From Candidatus Poribacteria bacterium (GTDB taxonomy: Bacteria; Poribacteria; WGA-4E; UBA9662), in contig JAYZAL010000021.1 of NCBI GenBank assembly GCA_036339735.1, positions 1-64,000 of the forward strand: a DNA stretch of 64,000 bases, given 5' to 3'. Positions 31,733-43,358 of the stretch are shown here, piece after piece. Position 1 is the first letter of the stretch, and the number at the start of each line of letters is the position of its first letter. The notes beneath the pieces are model-generated. The model saw nothing but the letters and a program-made list of their open reading frames with translations. It was not told where the DNA came from and searched no databases. A program made the position numbers and the translations under genes.

Positions 31733-32521
31733 TTAATAGTTGTTAATCCTGAGACTACCCCAAATAGTAGTCAGTTTGTTTCCAGATTCTACGCTCCAGA
31801 TTTTATCTAGACCTTCATCAATCAATGTCCGGACGTCTTTCTCTTCTAAAACGGTATCGAAAATGACAAATTCGTCAATCTGTCCTTCATAGTCTCGACC
31901 ACCTCCATCCCATGAACCAATTCGAGCTGGACCTAATGTAGCTGGCCCTACGGCTGTGTATTTGCCTTCACTTTCTAATTTCCCATTGATATAAAACTTA
32001 ACGTTTTTTTGAGGCGCACTATAAGCGATGGCAATGTGAACCCATTTGTCTTTATTTTTATCATCTATCCGGGTTTTTTCAGCCTTTACGTCTGTTGGTG
32101 TATTGGTATGAATAGACCAGCCAATTTCATTACCGGGGTATAGCTGGTGGTGGACTGCGCCTTTTTGCCAACCATCAACATTAATCCAGACTCTCCAAGC
32201 ACCGATTCGCCCCGTACACTTTGACCAATGGGCAACTGTGACTTCATCCATCTCAGGCAATTCTGGGGTAACTACTCCGTCACCTTTACCTGACAGGCTA
32301 ATCGCTTTACCAAATTTCCCGTCCACAAATTTCGGTTTTCCCATTATTTTTCCATTATGCCCATTCGCGCTCATATCTTTAAAATTTCCATCAAAAGACC
32401 AAGCGGCAACAGCAGAATCCTTCAATCCCTTAGCATAGGCAATATCGATAATTTCGGTTGACAGAAATACCAGATATAGAAACGAAACGAAGATAAAAAT
32501 TAATCGATTAAACATAATCAA
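31733..32521 (-). CDS. Secreted LamG/concanavalin A-like domain protein with C-terminal W-tail
   Basis: Signal peptide, WSFDG, GKFGKA, KWVHIA, FYING, GQIDEF; ends VESGNKLTTIWGSLR. Confidence 0.88.
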   Translation of the reverse strand: MIMFNRLIFIFVSFLYLVFLSTEIIDIAYAKGLKDSAVAAWSFDGNFKDMSANGHNGKIMGKPKFVDGKFGKAISLSGKGDGVVTPELPEMDEVTVAHWSKCTGRIGAWRVWINVDGWQKGAVHHQLYPGNEIGWSIHTNTPTDVKAEKTRIDDKNKDKWVHIAIAYSAPQKNVKFYINGKLESEGKYTAVGPATLGPARIGSWDGGGRDYEGQIDEFVIFDTVLEEKDVRTLIDEGLDKIWSVESGNKLTTIWGSLRINNY

Positions 32522-32550
32522 ACTTCCTTTTCCTTATTTCGGAGATGATA

Positions 32551-33339
32551 CTAATAAGTTAATCGGATTTTAGCCCAAATAGATGTGGCCTTACCGCTGG
32601 CATTTACACTCGTATCACTACTTAGTAGTGTGGCTATACTGTTGGTGGCCAAAGATTTGATAACCGTTGGTCCTAGAGCTGTATTGAAAATTGCGAATTC
32701 ATCCATTTCTCCTTCATAGTCTCGACCACCACCATCCCATGAGCCAATCCGAGCTGGACCTAATATAGCTGGACCAGCCTGTGTATATTTCCCTTCTTGG
32801 TTCAATTCACCATCGATATAGAACTTAACATTTTTTTGAAGTGCACTATAAACAATGGCAATATGATGCCATTTCCCTTTCCTTTTATCATCGATCAGCA
32901 ATTTAGCCTTTACGTCTGTTGGTGTATTGGTGTGAATAGACCAGCCAATTTCGTTGCTGGGGTATAGCTGGTGGTGGACTGCGCCTTTTTGCCAACCATC
33001 AACATTAATCCAGACCCTCCAGGCACCAAATCGACCTGTACACTTTGACCAATGGGAAACTGTAACTTCATCCATCGCCTCTAATTTGGGAGTGATGACA
33101 CCATCTCCCTTTCCCGAGAGAGCAATAGACTGGCCAAACTTCCCGGTGACAAATTTGGTTTTACCGAGTAATTTTCCTTGGTGCCTATTACCGGAAATAT
33201 CATTGAAATTCCCCTCAAATGGCCATGCAACGACAACGGAATCGTTCAGGTTTTTCACCTTAGCCCAGCTAAAAGATTGACAGTAGAGGGCCAGTATACA
33301 AAGAAGAAAAAAAGTTGACAGCCTTGTTTTTGTTTGCAC
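32551..33339 (-). CDS. Secreted LamG/concanavalin A-like domain protein (tandem paralog)
   Basis: Same motifs; ends VNASGKATSIWAKIR. Confidence 0.88.
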   Translation of the reverse strand: MQTKTRLSTFFLLCILALYCQSFSWAKVKNLNDSVVVAWPFEGNFNDISGNRHQGKLLGKTKFVTGKFGQSIALSGKGDGVITPKLEAMDEVTVSHWSKCTGRFGAWRVWINVDGWQKGAVHHQLYPSNEIGWSIHTNTPTDVKAKLLIDDKRKGKWHHIAIVYSALQKNVKFYIDGELNQEGKYTQAGPAILGPARIGSWDGGGRDYEGEMDEFAIFNTALGPTVIKSLATNSIATLLSSDTSVNASGKATSIWAKIRLTY

Positions 33340-34242
33340 AATACATCCCCTTGTAAAAGATTAGTTGATTTTACGAGAAGGCACAAAAAAACACAAGGGA
33401 AAGGATACGAAAAGGTTAGTTAATATGCATCTAATTGTCAAATAATGAAGCTGGCAAGCAAGCCGATCAAACCTTTAACTACCAAGAAGGATGGATGATA
33501 ATTTCAAACTCTCGTCCTGCAATTACCAAGGTGGAAGATAGTGGGTAATCCTAAAAGAATATGCAAAAGACAATCATGACAATTACCGAAGAAGAATAGG
33601 GCAGAGAACAACGTATCGAAGTTGATCAATTAGTTTCTTCTGCAAGAAAGATACATCGAGAACCAACTATACAAACATTCAGAACAGTTTGAGCAACGAA
33701 GATAAAAATCTGAAGAAAAGAAAATAGAGTAATTAACGACAAAGAAGAAAGAAATCGAAAGTAGAATTGATATCATCTTGAAATTGCTGGTGGCTAGAGG
33801 TACACCATAGGAAAACATCACCATTAAAACAAAAATAAAATGAATAGAAGTTGATAGATTTGTAGAGTTTATTGTGTCTGTTTTATAAGGTGTGACGATA
33901 CTCGTTAGTGTAGCTCTTCCTACCCTGTCCTTTTGCATACCAGAATAGAAAGAGCTGAATTTGAAAAACTAGGATTTTCTGCGTTTATGCATGGATTGTA
34001 CGCATGGATACCTACACATGGGTAAATACAACATGGATAACACTACAACCACTAACGGTGTTACGCGTAAAACCGTTACCGAAAATAACAGGACCAAATC
34101 TGCTATCGGAAGTTCAGAAACAAATAAAAAGTGAGTATGAAGAAATAAAATTTATCACAAGTGTTATTAATCAGTCGAAATTGAATTTTCGGCACCTACG
34201 ACCAATAGAAGATTTCAATGAAGTTATTATTATCAAGGAGTA

Positions 34243-36126
34243 TTAAGTAATAGCACCTTCTTGTTCAGATTTTCTCTTTTTTTCTGCTCTAATGCGCTGT
34301 TCGTGGTTCAGATCTTTTTTGCGAATTCGAAGGGCAATAGGAGTAACTTCCAGAATTTCATCAAAGCTTAGATATTCCACGGCATCATCTAGAGACAAAA
34401 TCCTAGCGGGTGCCAGTGCCTTTACGATGGATTTGGGCGTAGATCGATGGCCAGTCTGATTTTTAGTTTTACAAACGTTGATCACTAAATCCTCATAGCG
34501 AATATTTTGACCTACTACTTGTCCCGAGTAGACTTCATCACCAGGGCTTACAAAGAATGTACCTCTTTGTTGTAAGTGTTCCAAAGCATAAGCTTTAACA
34601 GTTCCTGTTTCCAATGCAATCAGAGAACCAAATTCACGATCCAGGATTTCTCCTACTTTTGGTGCATATTGGTGAAATAGACTATGGAACGTGCCGGTTC
34701 CGCGGGTGATTGTCAAAAAAGGCTGACGAAACCCCAATATCCCTCGGGTTGGTACATGATACTCTGCCAATACAGTGTTATCTTCATTGTAACGTAAGTC
34801 AACTAATCTCCCTTGCCGCTGGTTTATTAATTCACTGACTGCTCCTAGATAATCGTTTCCGACTTCAATAAAAACGTGTTCTACTGGTTCCTCAATCCCT
34901 TTTTTGCTTTGCTTGTATATCACTTCAGGCTTACTAACCGTGAATTCATATAACTCTCTTCGCATCGTCTCGATTAAAATGGCCAGATGAAGTTCGCCTC
35001 GTCCTGCAACCACAAATTCATTAGCGACCGACGTCTCTTCAACCCTCAGAGAAACATTACTTTCCAACTCACGCCACAGTCGTTCCCGAATTTGACGACT
35101 GGTTAAAAATTTTCCTGATCTGCCGGAGAAAGGACTGTCATTAACACCAAATGTCATACGTACAGTTGGTTCTTCGACTTTGATAGGTGGAAGTGGTTGC
35201 GGATTTTCTGGATCTGTTAATGTGTCTCCAATACCTACGGATTCAATCCCAGAAACGGCTACAATATTACCAGCAGTGACTACTTCTTGTTCTTCCCTTT
35301 TCAAATTACGAAATATGTAGGTTTGACCAATAGTAGCCAGGTCAGATTCGCCATTAGCTTTAGCATGGAGTATGTTTTGGCCAGCAAACATCCGTCCGCT
35401 ATTCAAACGACCAACAGCAATTTTACCCACAAAATTGCTGTATTCTATTGTTGTGACCAACATCTGCGGCGAACCTTCTGGGTTCACTTCTGGTGCAGGT
35501 AAGTGATCAATAATTTGTGTAAATAATGGCCGTAAGTCATCTTCCAGTTTTTCTGATGACAAGCCTGATTTACCCTCTAGTGCAATAGTATAAACGACTG
35601 GAAAATCTATCTGATGATCATCAGCTCCCAAATCTATGAACAAGTCGTATGTTTCTTCCACTACGATTGCCGGACGTGAAGCGGGACGATCAACTTTATT
35701 AACCACAACAATTGCTTTTAACTTACGTTGTAGGGCTTGACGTAATACAAATCGAGTCTGGGGCATAGGCCCCTCGACAGCATCAATCAACAAAACTACA
35801 CCATCCACCATGTTTAGTGCACGCTCTACTTCACCACCAAAGTCAGCATGCCCCGGAGTATCGACAATATTGATAGTAGTATTTTTATAAACAATACCAG
35901 TGTTCTTGGACAAAATGGTAATTCCACGTTCTTTTTCTAAATCATTAGAATCGAGAATTCGGTCGTCAACCTTTTGATTCTGTCGAAAAACGTTAGTCTG
36001 CCGAAGCATCGCATCAACCAAAGTGGTTTTGCCATGATCTACATGAGCGATAATGGCAATGTTACGGATTTGCGTGAATTCGTTTTGGTTCATGGGTGGT
36101 TCCTCAATAGGCGTTGGTGTAGACAA
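34243..36126 (-). CDS. typA: Translational GTPase TypA/BipA
   Basis: [42 protein letters not shown]-terminal EVTP.ALRIRK. Confidence 0.96.
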   Translation of the reverse strand: MSTPTPIEEPPMNQNEFTQIRNIAIIAHVDHGKTTLVDAMLRQTNVFRQNQKVDDRILDSNDLEKERGITILSKNTGIVYKNTTINIVDTPGHADFGGEVERALNMVDGVVLLIDAVEGPMPQTRFVLRQALQRKLKAIVVVNKVDRPASRPAIVVEETYDLFIDLGADDHQIDFPVVYTIALEGKSGLSSEKLEDDLRPLFTQIIDHLPAPEVNPEGSPQMLVTTIEYSNFVGKIAVGRLNSGRMFAGQNILHAKANGESDLATIGQTYIFRNLKREEQEVVTAGNIVAVSGIESVGIGDTLTDPENPQPLPPIKVEEPTVRMTFGVNDSPFSGRSGKFLTSRQIRERLWRELESNVSLRVEETSVANEFVVAGRGELHLAILIETMRRELYEFTVSKPEVIYKQSKKGIEEPVEHVFIEVGNDYLGAVSELINQRQGRLVDLRYNEDNTVLAEYHVPTRGILGFRQPFLTITRGTGTFHSLFHQYAPKVGEILDREFGSLIALETGTVKAYALEHLQQRGTFFVSPGDEVYSGQVVGQNIRYEDLVINVCKTKNQTGHRSTPKSIVKALAPARILSLDDAVEYLSFDEILEVTPIALRIRKKDLNHEQRIRAEKKRKSEQEGAIT

Positions 36127-36641
36127 CTATTCCTCCAAATTAACAGTGAGATTTTTGAAATTCTTTATTGTTCTGCAGCGGGACCTTATAGTTCCTGAGA
36201 GATATGTCTGTCAATTGTACATTTATTTTGGCACTTAAGCCTGTCACTGGTTGTGCCAGACAGCCGACAATTCTACCTCCCAATGATCTCAAAGGCAAGA
36301 TATCATTATCTTTTCATCGTAGAAAAGGTAACAGAATTCGTTTGATTTGGGGGAATTGAGCAAAAATAACCGATTGACAGAGTAAGAATGAAAAACTATA
36401 AATGTGAGACTCAAACCGAATGATCAAATTGATGGGGCAAGAAAAGTTAAATGTGTTTACGGCTACTCAGATCTAGTTCCAATCTTGGGGGATTGAAAAG
36501 AAATTGATGACATTACAAAAATCATGATTCAGGTAAAACAACAAAAAAAGAAATACACCAAATAGTTCTGAACCTGATTCATAGTTATCATATGATAGTA
36601 CAACGTTTTACTTGTCTTAAACCTATTATAAGAATTTAAAA

Positions 36642-37790
36642 TCAGTATTCTAACTGGATTACGAATAGTTGGCCTTCAATTCCCGTTCTGATCGTCGTAT
36701 TGCTAATATTGAGAATATTAAATTTATTCTGTTGAGCTAGATTTCGAATATAACTTTCAGAATGAGCATAACGTCCCTGAGTTGTTAAGGAGTAGTCTAC
36801 TTCTTGCACTAACTCGGTTGAAAAGACAAAAATACCCTTTTGATTTGAAGCCTTTGATATATTTGAAAACAACATTGTCAGGTCTCCAATATAAATGAGT
36901 AAGTCTGTCGCTATAAAAAGATCATATTTTTCTGAACTCTGTTCTAAGTAAATACTAATTTCATTATTTTCAACCGTGTCATATATATTTTTTCCTTTAG
37001 CTATTTCAATCATTTTAGGAGAAAGATCAATACCCACCAACTGTTTACAAATCGGTCTAAACACCTGGCCTGATAAGCCTGTTCCACAACCAAGATCAAT
37101 CCCAACATCAAAAGTTAAGTTATGTCCCAACTGACTGGCCAATGCCTCTTTGAGAGACTGAGGAACTTTGTAATCTAAAATCTCTACTAAGTGATAATCA
37201 AACCTATTGGCGTATTCATCAAATAGGCCTTGGACGTAATGTGGTGGTGCTGTTTTTGTAGTAACCCCTACTTGACTATTCAGCAAATGAGCTGCACTTT
37301 GACGAAGTCTATATACTTCTTCATTATTTGGCTCTAGGGCCAAAGCATCATCGCATAAATCAAGAGTAACTTGATACGAATTGATAGCTTTCTCTTGCTG
37401 ACCGATCGATTGATACAAGTGGCCCAAATTATAGTGTGCTTTCATATACCTAGAATTAATTTGGATTGCATTACGATAACAAGTAATAGCTTGCTCTAAG
37501 TTGCCTAATTCTTGATATAATTTTCCCAATTCATTATGAACTTCGATTTGGTTAGGATCAATTCTAGTAACGTTACTATAAAAAAAAATTGACTGTTGAT
37601 ACTCACCAACTGATCGATATAAATGACCTAATTCGTAGTGAGCATCGACATCGTTGGAATTGATGCGGATTGCATTTTCATAGCAGGTGATGGCGGCTCC
37701 AAAGTTGCCCGACCCTTGATACAATTTCCCTTGCTTGGTGTAGAGATTTGGGTCTTCTAGGTCATCCGGTAAAATTTTTTGATAGCTCAT
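36642..37790 (-). CDS. TPR-repeat + class I SAM-dependent methyltransferase
   Basis: About 4 TPRs (AHYELG..Y), LFDEYA.RFD.HLV..L.Y..P, DLGCGTG, G.DLSPKM, GRYAHS. Confidence 0.9.
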   Translation of the reverse strand: MSYQKILPDDLEDPNLYTKQGKLYQGSGNFGAAITCYENAIRINSNDVDAHYELGHLYRSVGEYQQSIFFYSNVTRIDPNQIEVHNELGKLYQELGNLEQAITCYRNAIQINSRYMKAHYNLGHLYQSIGQQEKAINSYQVTLDLCDDALALEPNNEEVYRLRQSAAHLLNSQVGVTTKTAPPHYVQGLFDEYANRFDYHLVEILDYKVPQSLKEALASQLGHNLTFDVGIDLGCGTGLSGQVFRPICKQLVGIDLSPKMIEIAKGKNIYDTVENNEISIYLEQSSEKYDLFIATDLLIYIGDLTMLFSNISKASNQKGIFVFSTELVQEVDYSLTTQGRYAHSESYIRNLAQQNKFNILNISNTTIRTGIEGQLFVIQLEY

Positions 37791-38272
37791 AAAAGAATTT
37801 TGAAACTTGTTTCTGGCTAACGGATTCTAGGTATACGGTTGTGATTTCATAGGTCAGATTTGATTTAATAAGATTGTCTAAGGCTAATACTTTTTGACAG
37901 TTTCCGCTTCCATTTTCGTTAGCTGATATTTTGAGTTAGTTATTTAAACCAATTTTACAACAATCGACTTGTAAATTTAAACAACCCAAGACAAATTATT
38001 AGTATCTGGTAAGATTGAAGTTAGTATTATTAATCTGAACTTATCAAAAAGGGAATTTTTACTTTACTTTTCTGATGAAAATAGTCTGTCCTTGATAATT
38101 AAACTTATTGAGAGTATTTTGAGGAAACAAGCAACTGAAACGATGGTAAATAATCTGAAAGTCCAAAAATGACCAAATTTTACTGAGTTTGGAATTCAAT
38201 CAGATTAGTTTTTATTTTCTAATGTACGAAGATTTTGATCCAGTTGAAATAAATCGGATGAGGTGAAAAATA

Positions 38273-39100
38273 ATGGAAATAACTGTAACTGAAAAAGAAC
38301 AAGGAAAATTATCTGAAAAAAATCTTGATTTAGCTTGCCAGAAACTTTCAGAAATAGGTTACGTCATTTTTGAGAGCCTGTTACCACTTGGCTTTGTGGA
38401 AAAAGTGCGAAAAGAATTTGAAATCAACGAATCTCTTCCCGAGGGAGAGACTCAAAGAAACCATTTCTTTCATGGACCATTTCTTGACTCACACATCATT
38501 GATAATCCGATTGCGTTGCAGATCATTGAAGCCATGCTAGGAACGAAATTCTTTTCGTTTTTACCCTATGGATGTAACACGACCCGTCGTGAATCTAGAT
38601 ACTGGAATGATGCTGAAAAACAATGGATTCACCGAGACAGTGGTCACCTATTCCCTGAATTAGGTTTGGCATTACCTGTGACTAAGATTGTGGTTAACAT
38701 TCCACTAGTCGATTTTACGATAGAAAATGGGTCTACTGAAATCTGGCCTGGTTCTCACCTAATTGTAGATCCAGTGACCGAGCCGAAAACAGAAAATGAA
38801 GCCTTGTTCAAAGACTACCATGTTTGTAGCGAAGAAAGGGGATCAACTTTTCCATCCGTTCGAATGGTTATGCCTGCGGGGTCACTTGTTCTTCGAGACA
38901 TGCGCTGTTGGCATCGAGCCATGCCCAATTATACTGACCAAGTTCGTCCTATGACTGCTATGGTATATTTTCATCGCTTGCACAATATGACTGGTATACA
39001 AGGAGAGAATGAAAGAAGAAACTCTGGGGTTCCTGACTCAGTTTGGCACAGTTTATCCGATAGCTCTCAGCAGATCTATCGATTTTACCCAATGAGTTAG
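38273..39100 (+). CDS. PhyH-family dioxygenase (canonical HxD)
   Basis: QWIHRD, NGSTEIWPGSH, GSLVLRD.RCWHR, RPM. Confidence 0.9.
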   Translation: MEITVTEKEQGKLSEKNLDLACQKLSEIGYVIFESLLPLGFVEKVRKEFEINESLPEGETQRNHFFHGPFLDSHIIDNPIALQIIEAMLGTKFFSFLPYGCNTTRRESRYWNDAEKQWIHRDSGHLFPELGLALPVTKIVVNIPLVDFTIENGSTEIWPGSHLIVDPVTEPKTENEALFKDYHVCSEERGSTFPSVRMVMPAGSLVLRDMRCWHRAMPNYTDQVRPMTAMVYFHRLHNMTGIQGENERRNSGVPDSVWHSLSDSSQQIYRFYPMS

Positions 39101-39547
39101 CATGGAATATTCGTCGTGATGGAGTTTTTTTTAGATACGGAGTAGATAGGCAGACTGTGGTTGAATTTATATGCTAGTGGATATGATCCAATCCTGGGTC
39201 CAGCAAGTAATGTTGGAAATCTAAAGCTGGCAAAGATAAGCTTTAGTCATTCGATAGGAGAGACCACAGAAGGTGAGAGAAATCTGCTGGTACAAACAGG
39301 TCTAGTACTTTAGTTTCCCTTGATTGAGTCATTAACAGTAGAGGTGCAAGTAGGTACTTTAAATCGAACTAGGAGGGTAGGCTTACTACCTACTTGATAG
39401 ACCCGTTTGCCAACTCCACTTAAATCAAGAGTAGCTGGCGAAAACGGACCTATTATTTCTGAACTCTGACCCGAGTTTTAATTATGGGTCGCATTACTGT
39501 TGAACCATGATTTTAGATCGACTCAGGTCGATTCCTTATTTCTAAAA

Positions 39548-40279
39548 TTAACGAGCTTCCTTGATCAATCCCCAATTAGTTACCAAATTACCTTTTGCAT
39601 TAACGGGTGTAGTTGCATCTGACTCCTCAGTTGAAATAATCACATTATCCATCAAGACGTGCCCGTAGTTTCCAAAGTCGCCCTTAGTAAAATTTTTGTT
39701 ACTACCTTTCAATAGTGGTTCAAGATCACTAAATTGTGTTTCGTCTTCTAAATCTTTCATCTTAACCTCAAAATCAGCCCCTTTTACTTTCAATTGAAAG
39801 GAAAACCATTTATTGGGTTCCAAGTTTAACTTCTTAGAGCTACCAAAGTTTTTCCACTTTGTTTCTTCCCGTTTCCAAAAATCTAGCTTACTGGTATTTT
39901 CTCGTCTATCTAACAAATAGAAAGCCTCACTTCCGGAAAATCGAAAAACGACCCCCATGTAAAAAGCTTTAGGATACAACATATCCCAATGAACATAGTA
40001 ATCTGTCCAGTCTTTACCTTTGCCAGTGACATAAATGGCGCCTCCACCATCATGTCTTTCCGTAGGGGATGAAAAAACCTGATTATTCTTTCGTTTTGGG
40101 TCTTGGATAACTTTGGAATTATCCTTACCATCATGACCAATTGCCCACTTCGTAGCTGGCTTCCCAATGGCATCGTCTTCAAAATTATCAATAAATAGAA
40201 TTTCGCTCATACTAGTTGAGGTTACGAAAAATATCAGCAATACTGATGCTAGTGAAAAAATAATGGTCGATTTTTGCAT
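39548..40279 (-). CDS. Secreted beta-sandwich (lectin/DUF1080-like) protein with C-terminal W-tail
   Basis: Signal peptide, LF.DNFE, WTDY, G.VFR, NKW, DNV; ends VNAKGNLVTNWGLIK; paralog of 52221..52952. Confidence 0.75.
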   Translation of the reverse strand: MQKSTIIFSLASVLLIFFVTSTSMSEILFIDNFEDDAIGKPATKWAIGHDGKDNSKVIQDPKRKNNQVFSSPTERHDGGGAIYVTGKGKDWTDYYVHWDMLYPKAFYMGVVFRFSGSEAFYLLDRRENTSKLDFWKREETKWKNFGSSKKLNLEPNKWFSFQLKVKGADFEVKMKDLEDETQFSDLEPLLKGSNKNFTKGDFGNYGHVLMDNVIISTEESDATTPVNAKGNLVTNWGLIKEAR

Positions 40280-40304
40280 AATTATCTCCTGAATTACATT
40301 TACA

Positions 40305-40345
40305 CGATTAGTATTCGCACGTAAATACTAAGCGAATACTAATCG
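40305..40345. promoter_or_regulatory. Perfect 14-bp inverted repeat just upstream of the 40279 start
   Basis: CGATTAGTATTCGC-13 nt-GCGAATACTAATCG. Confidence 0.6.
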
Positions 40346-40609
40346 AAAAGAAATAATCAATCAAGGGGATCATACCAATAATCATGAAAATATACAGCTC
40401 TTATCTTAGCTAACTTTTGATTGTATGATCAATTATCGGAGGTCGATTATTTTTTCTCAGGTTAGTAAAATAATTAGAAATAATCTATTTTTGTTATTTG
40501 TAGGATTAAACATGGAGTAGATCCATTTTTCAACCACCACAGTATTATGTTTTAACTCGTTCTGTGTCAATTGGAAATAATTGGTAATTTAGGCACAAAG
40601 TAGATATCT

Positions 40610-41811
40610 AACAGGATTAAATCAATCGATATGCTAAGAAGCTTCGCATTACTTGGCATCCTCATGATGAATATAACTAGCTTTGCCATGCCCAGTAGAG
40701 CATACTTCAGCCCGGTTGCTTATGCACTACCTTAAATCATATAATTTTATTGCATCATTCATGTAATAGAAGATCAAAATTTATGGCAATATTTGCTATA
40801 CTTTTTGGTGCTAGTACGAAGCTGTTTGTAGAAAGATTAATTGGTCGAAGGCAAAATCCTTTTCTATTGTTTTAGAGTCGAAATTTCTGGTTGTTAATAA
40901 TCGGTTTAATCCATTCCTACCTTATTTGGTACGGAGATATATTGATTATTTATGCTTTGTGTTGTTTTATCTTACATCTATTCAAGAATTTTCCACCGAG
41001 GTTTCAATTTACCATAGGTCTATTGATTTATTGCATTCCTTCACTTATAGGTATCAATAATTACTAAAATTACCATGAATTTAACAAAACTGATGAGAAT
41101 ACGATTCAAGAACAGTCGAAACCTAATAATGATCGAATTAAAGAAGAATTATTGATCTATAGAAGTAGCTATAAAAAACAGTTGAATCATCGAATTCTCT
41201 TATACGATACTAGCTGAAAAGGAGAATTCGATTTTGTATTGGTATCATTAATTTTGAATGCTTTTTCCAGATCGTTTGGTATGATGTTGATTGGGATGTC
41301 GCTCTGCACTTGGTCAATTTTCAGTAAATTTAAGGGAAAATCGTTTTACAGAAAGATGTTATTGTGGGGATTCGGAATCGGTCTTCCCTTGTCAATGATG
41401 GGATTAGCTTTATCTTATCTGTTCGGTTGAAATTGGGGATACTCACAGTTCTTAGGTCGAATACCAAATATAATAGCCTCGCCTTTGATTGCCATTTCTT
41501 ACATGGGTATGATCATGATTTGATCTCCAAAAGAGTTTATACAATTTGTCAAAACAGGATTAGAATCAGTCGGTAGAACAACTCTCACGTGTTATCTAAT
41601 CCAATCTATCCTGTCAACTTTTGTATTTTCTACGGATTTGGCTTGGGCTTATATGGATACGTTAACAGGTTTGAGCAGGTATTGATTTTTTTATTGATGT
41701 GGATATTTCTTTACATCTAGGTGGTTACAAAAATTTCAGTATAGACCAATTGAATGGATCTGGAAGTTGCTGACACATCTAAAAATGATTCCCATTTATA
41801 AATCTGACTAA
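40610..41811 (+). pseudogene. DUF418 (YeiB-like) membrane protein pseudogene
   Basis: NRIKSIDMLRSFALLGILMMNI..., FMAIFAILFG, WYGDILIIYA, GRTTLTCYLIQS, YGFGLGLYG, PIEWIW; many stops and frameshifts. Confidence 0.85.
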
Positions 41812-42128
41812 AAGGATGAAATTTATATTTAAACTGATAAAAATTAATATCAATTGAGAAGCCTCAAGTCTAGGCCAGATGTATATAATCTAGGATTTGG
41901 CCCGAAACAAGTAGATAATTGGATTTAATATAAAATACTTTTTGTTTCTCTGAAAAAGATGTCAGATTTTAATCTGAATTTAAGATTTTGGACTTCTGTA
42001 TAAAATCTGGTAATGACACAATTTCTGAATTGCTTGGTTATGTTCAGCGCATAGGAATTTTATCCCCTGTTGTATACGTTCACTTTGGTTATTTACAATG
42101 TTCACTCCTGTTAAGATATGACAAATTT

Positions 42129-43340
42129 ATGTTGGAACTTAAAATAGATACAGATCAGCCAAACGGTATTTTTGAAAATAATCAACAGGTCCAAGTTTTT
42201 GTGTTGATTCATAATCACAGCGAAAAAAGCATCAGTGGTCAACTTATATGGCAGCTCAAAACAGATAGTAGTAACCATTTGGCAGAAAATATAGCTAATA
42301 TCAACTTACAACCTGGAAAACATCGGAATGACTACAATATAGAACCAGATCTGCTAGACGTAGGTTTTCACCAAGTCGAAGTTCTATTTCAATTTGATCA
42401 AGGGAAAGTAGTCTCCGACCAAATGACGATAGGGTACCAACCATCTTCTCTTCAAACTATTCTTACTAGAGAATCAGATTTTGATAAATTTTGGACTAAT
42501 ACAGAATCCAAACTTCAGCAAATATCTCCCGCTTATAAATTAGAACATCAACCTAATTTAGACAATGAGAAATTCACGGTACATTCGGTAGAAATGAGAA
42601 GTTTAGACAATCTCAAGGTTGGTGGTTGGCTGGAGATACCAAGGACATCCGGTAAGCATCCAGCGCTCCTGAGAGTTCCCGGTTATGGGCAAAACATGAC
42701 CCCTCTCAACCCACCGTTCGACTGCGTTACTTTTTCCTTCAACCCTCGTGGACATGGAAATTCGGATGATACTCTAGATGACGATTTGGGGTATTGGGTT
42801 AGAGGTTTAGACCAGCCTAATAGTTATTTCTACCGAGGAGCTTATATGGATGTTTTGAGAGCCATGGACTATCTGGCTAGTCTACCAGAAGTGGATGTGG
42901 GACAGACTGCCGTCTGGGGGGGCAGTCAAGGCGGTGGTTTTAGCTTGGTAGTGGCAGCATTTAGAACAAAAACCCGATATTGTATTGCGGATGTACCGTT
43001 TCTTTGTGATTGGAGAAAATATTTCCAATTAACTCAATGGGATGAAATCGACCAGTGGTTAGCACAACAACCTGAGAAGCGGAACTGGACTAAACTAATG
43101 AAGACCTTGAGCTATTTTGATACTATCAATCTCGCTTCGAGAATTAGAGCAGAAGTTCTGATGTCTGTGGGCTTACAGGATCCAGTGTGTCCGCCTGCTA
43201 CTTGTTTTTCTAGCTACAATCATATAAAAAGTGAAAAATCATATCGTGTTTATAAAACAGCTGGTCACAGATTGGACCAATCACACTACCAGTTTGTTTT
43301 AAATTGGCTTAAATCTCGATTTGGTTTGTCTCGTAATTAA
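42129..43340 (+). CDS. Acetyl xylan esterase / cephalosporin C deacetylase (CE7) with N-terminal Ig-like extension
   Basis: DFDKFW, PGYG, RGHG, GGSQGG, LSYFD..N.A, GLQDPVCPP, GH; start set to ATG 42129. Confidence 0.88.
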   Translation: MLELKIDTDQPNGIFENNQQVQVFVLIHNHSEKSISGQLIWQLKTDSSNHLAENIANINLQPGKHRNDYNIEPDLLDVGFHQVEVLFQFDQGKVVSDQMTIGYQPSSLQTILTRESDFDKFWTNTESKLQQISPAYKLEHQPNLDNEKFTVHSVEMRSLDNLKVGGWLEIPRTSGKHPALLRVPGYGQNMTPLNPPFDCVTFSFNPRGHGNSDDTLDDDLGYWVRGLDQPNSYFYRGAYMDVLRAMDYLASLPEVDVGQTAVWGGSQGGGFSLVVAAFRTKTRYCIADVPFLCDWRKYFQLTQWDEIDQWLAQQPEKRNWTKLMKTLSYFDTINLASRIRAEVLMSVGLQDPVCPPATCFSSYNHIKSEKSYRVYKTAGHRLDQSHYQFVLNWLKSRFGLSRN

Positions 43341-43358
43341 TTTAAGTAGGATTGATTA

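Noticed and set aside
40610-41811. Alternative genetic code or stop read-through
   Set aside because: All three stop codons plus frameshifts interrupt the gene, and intact genes end normally in TGA, TAA or TAG.
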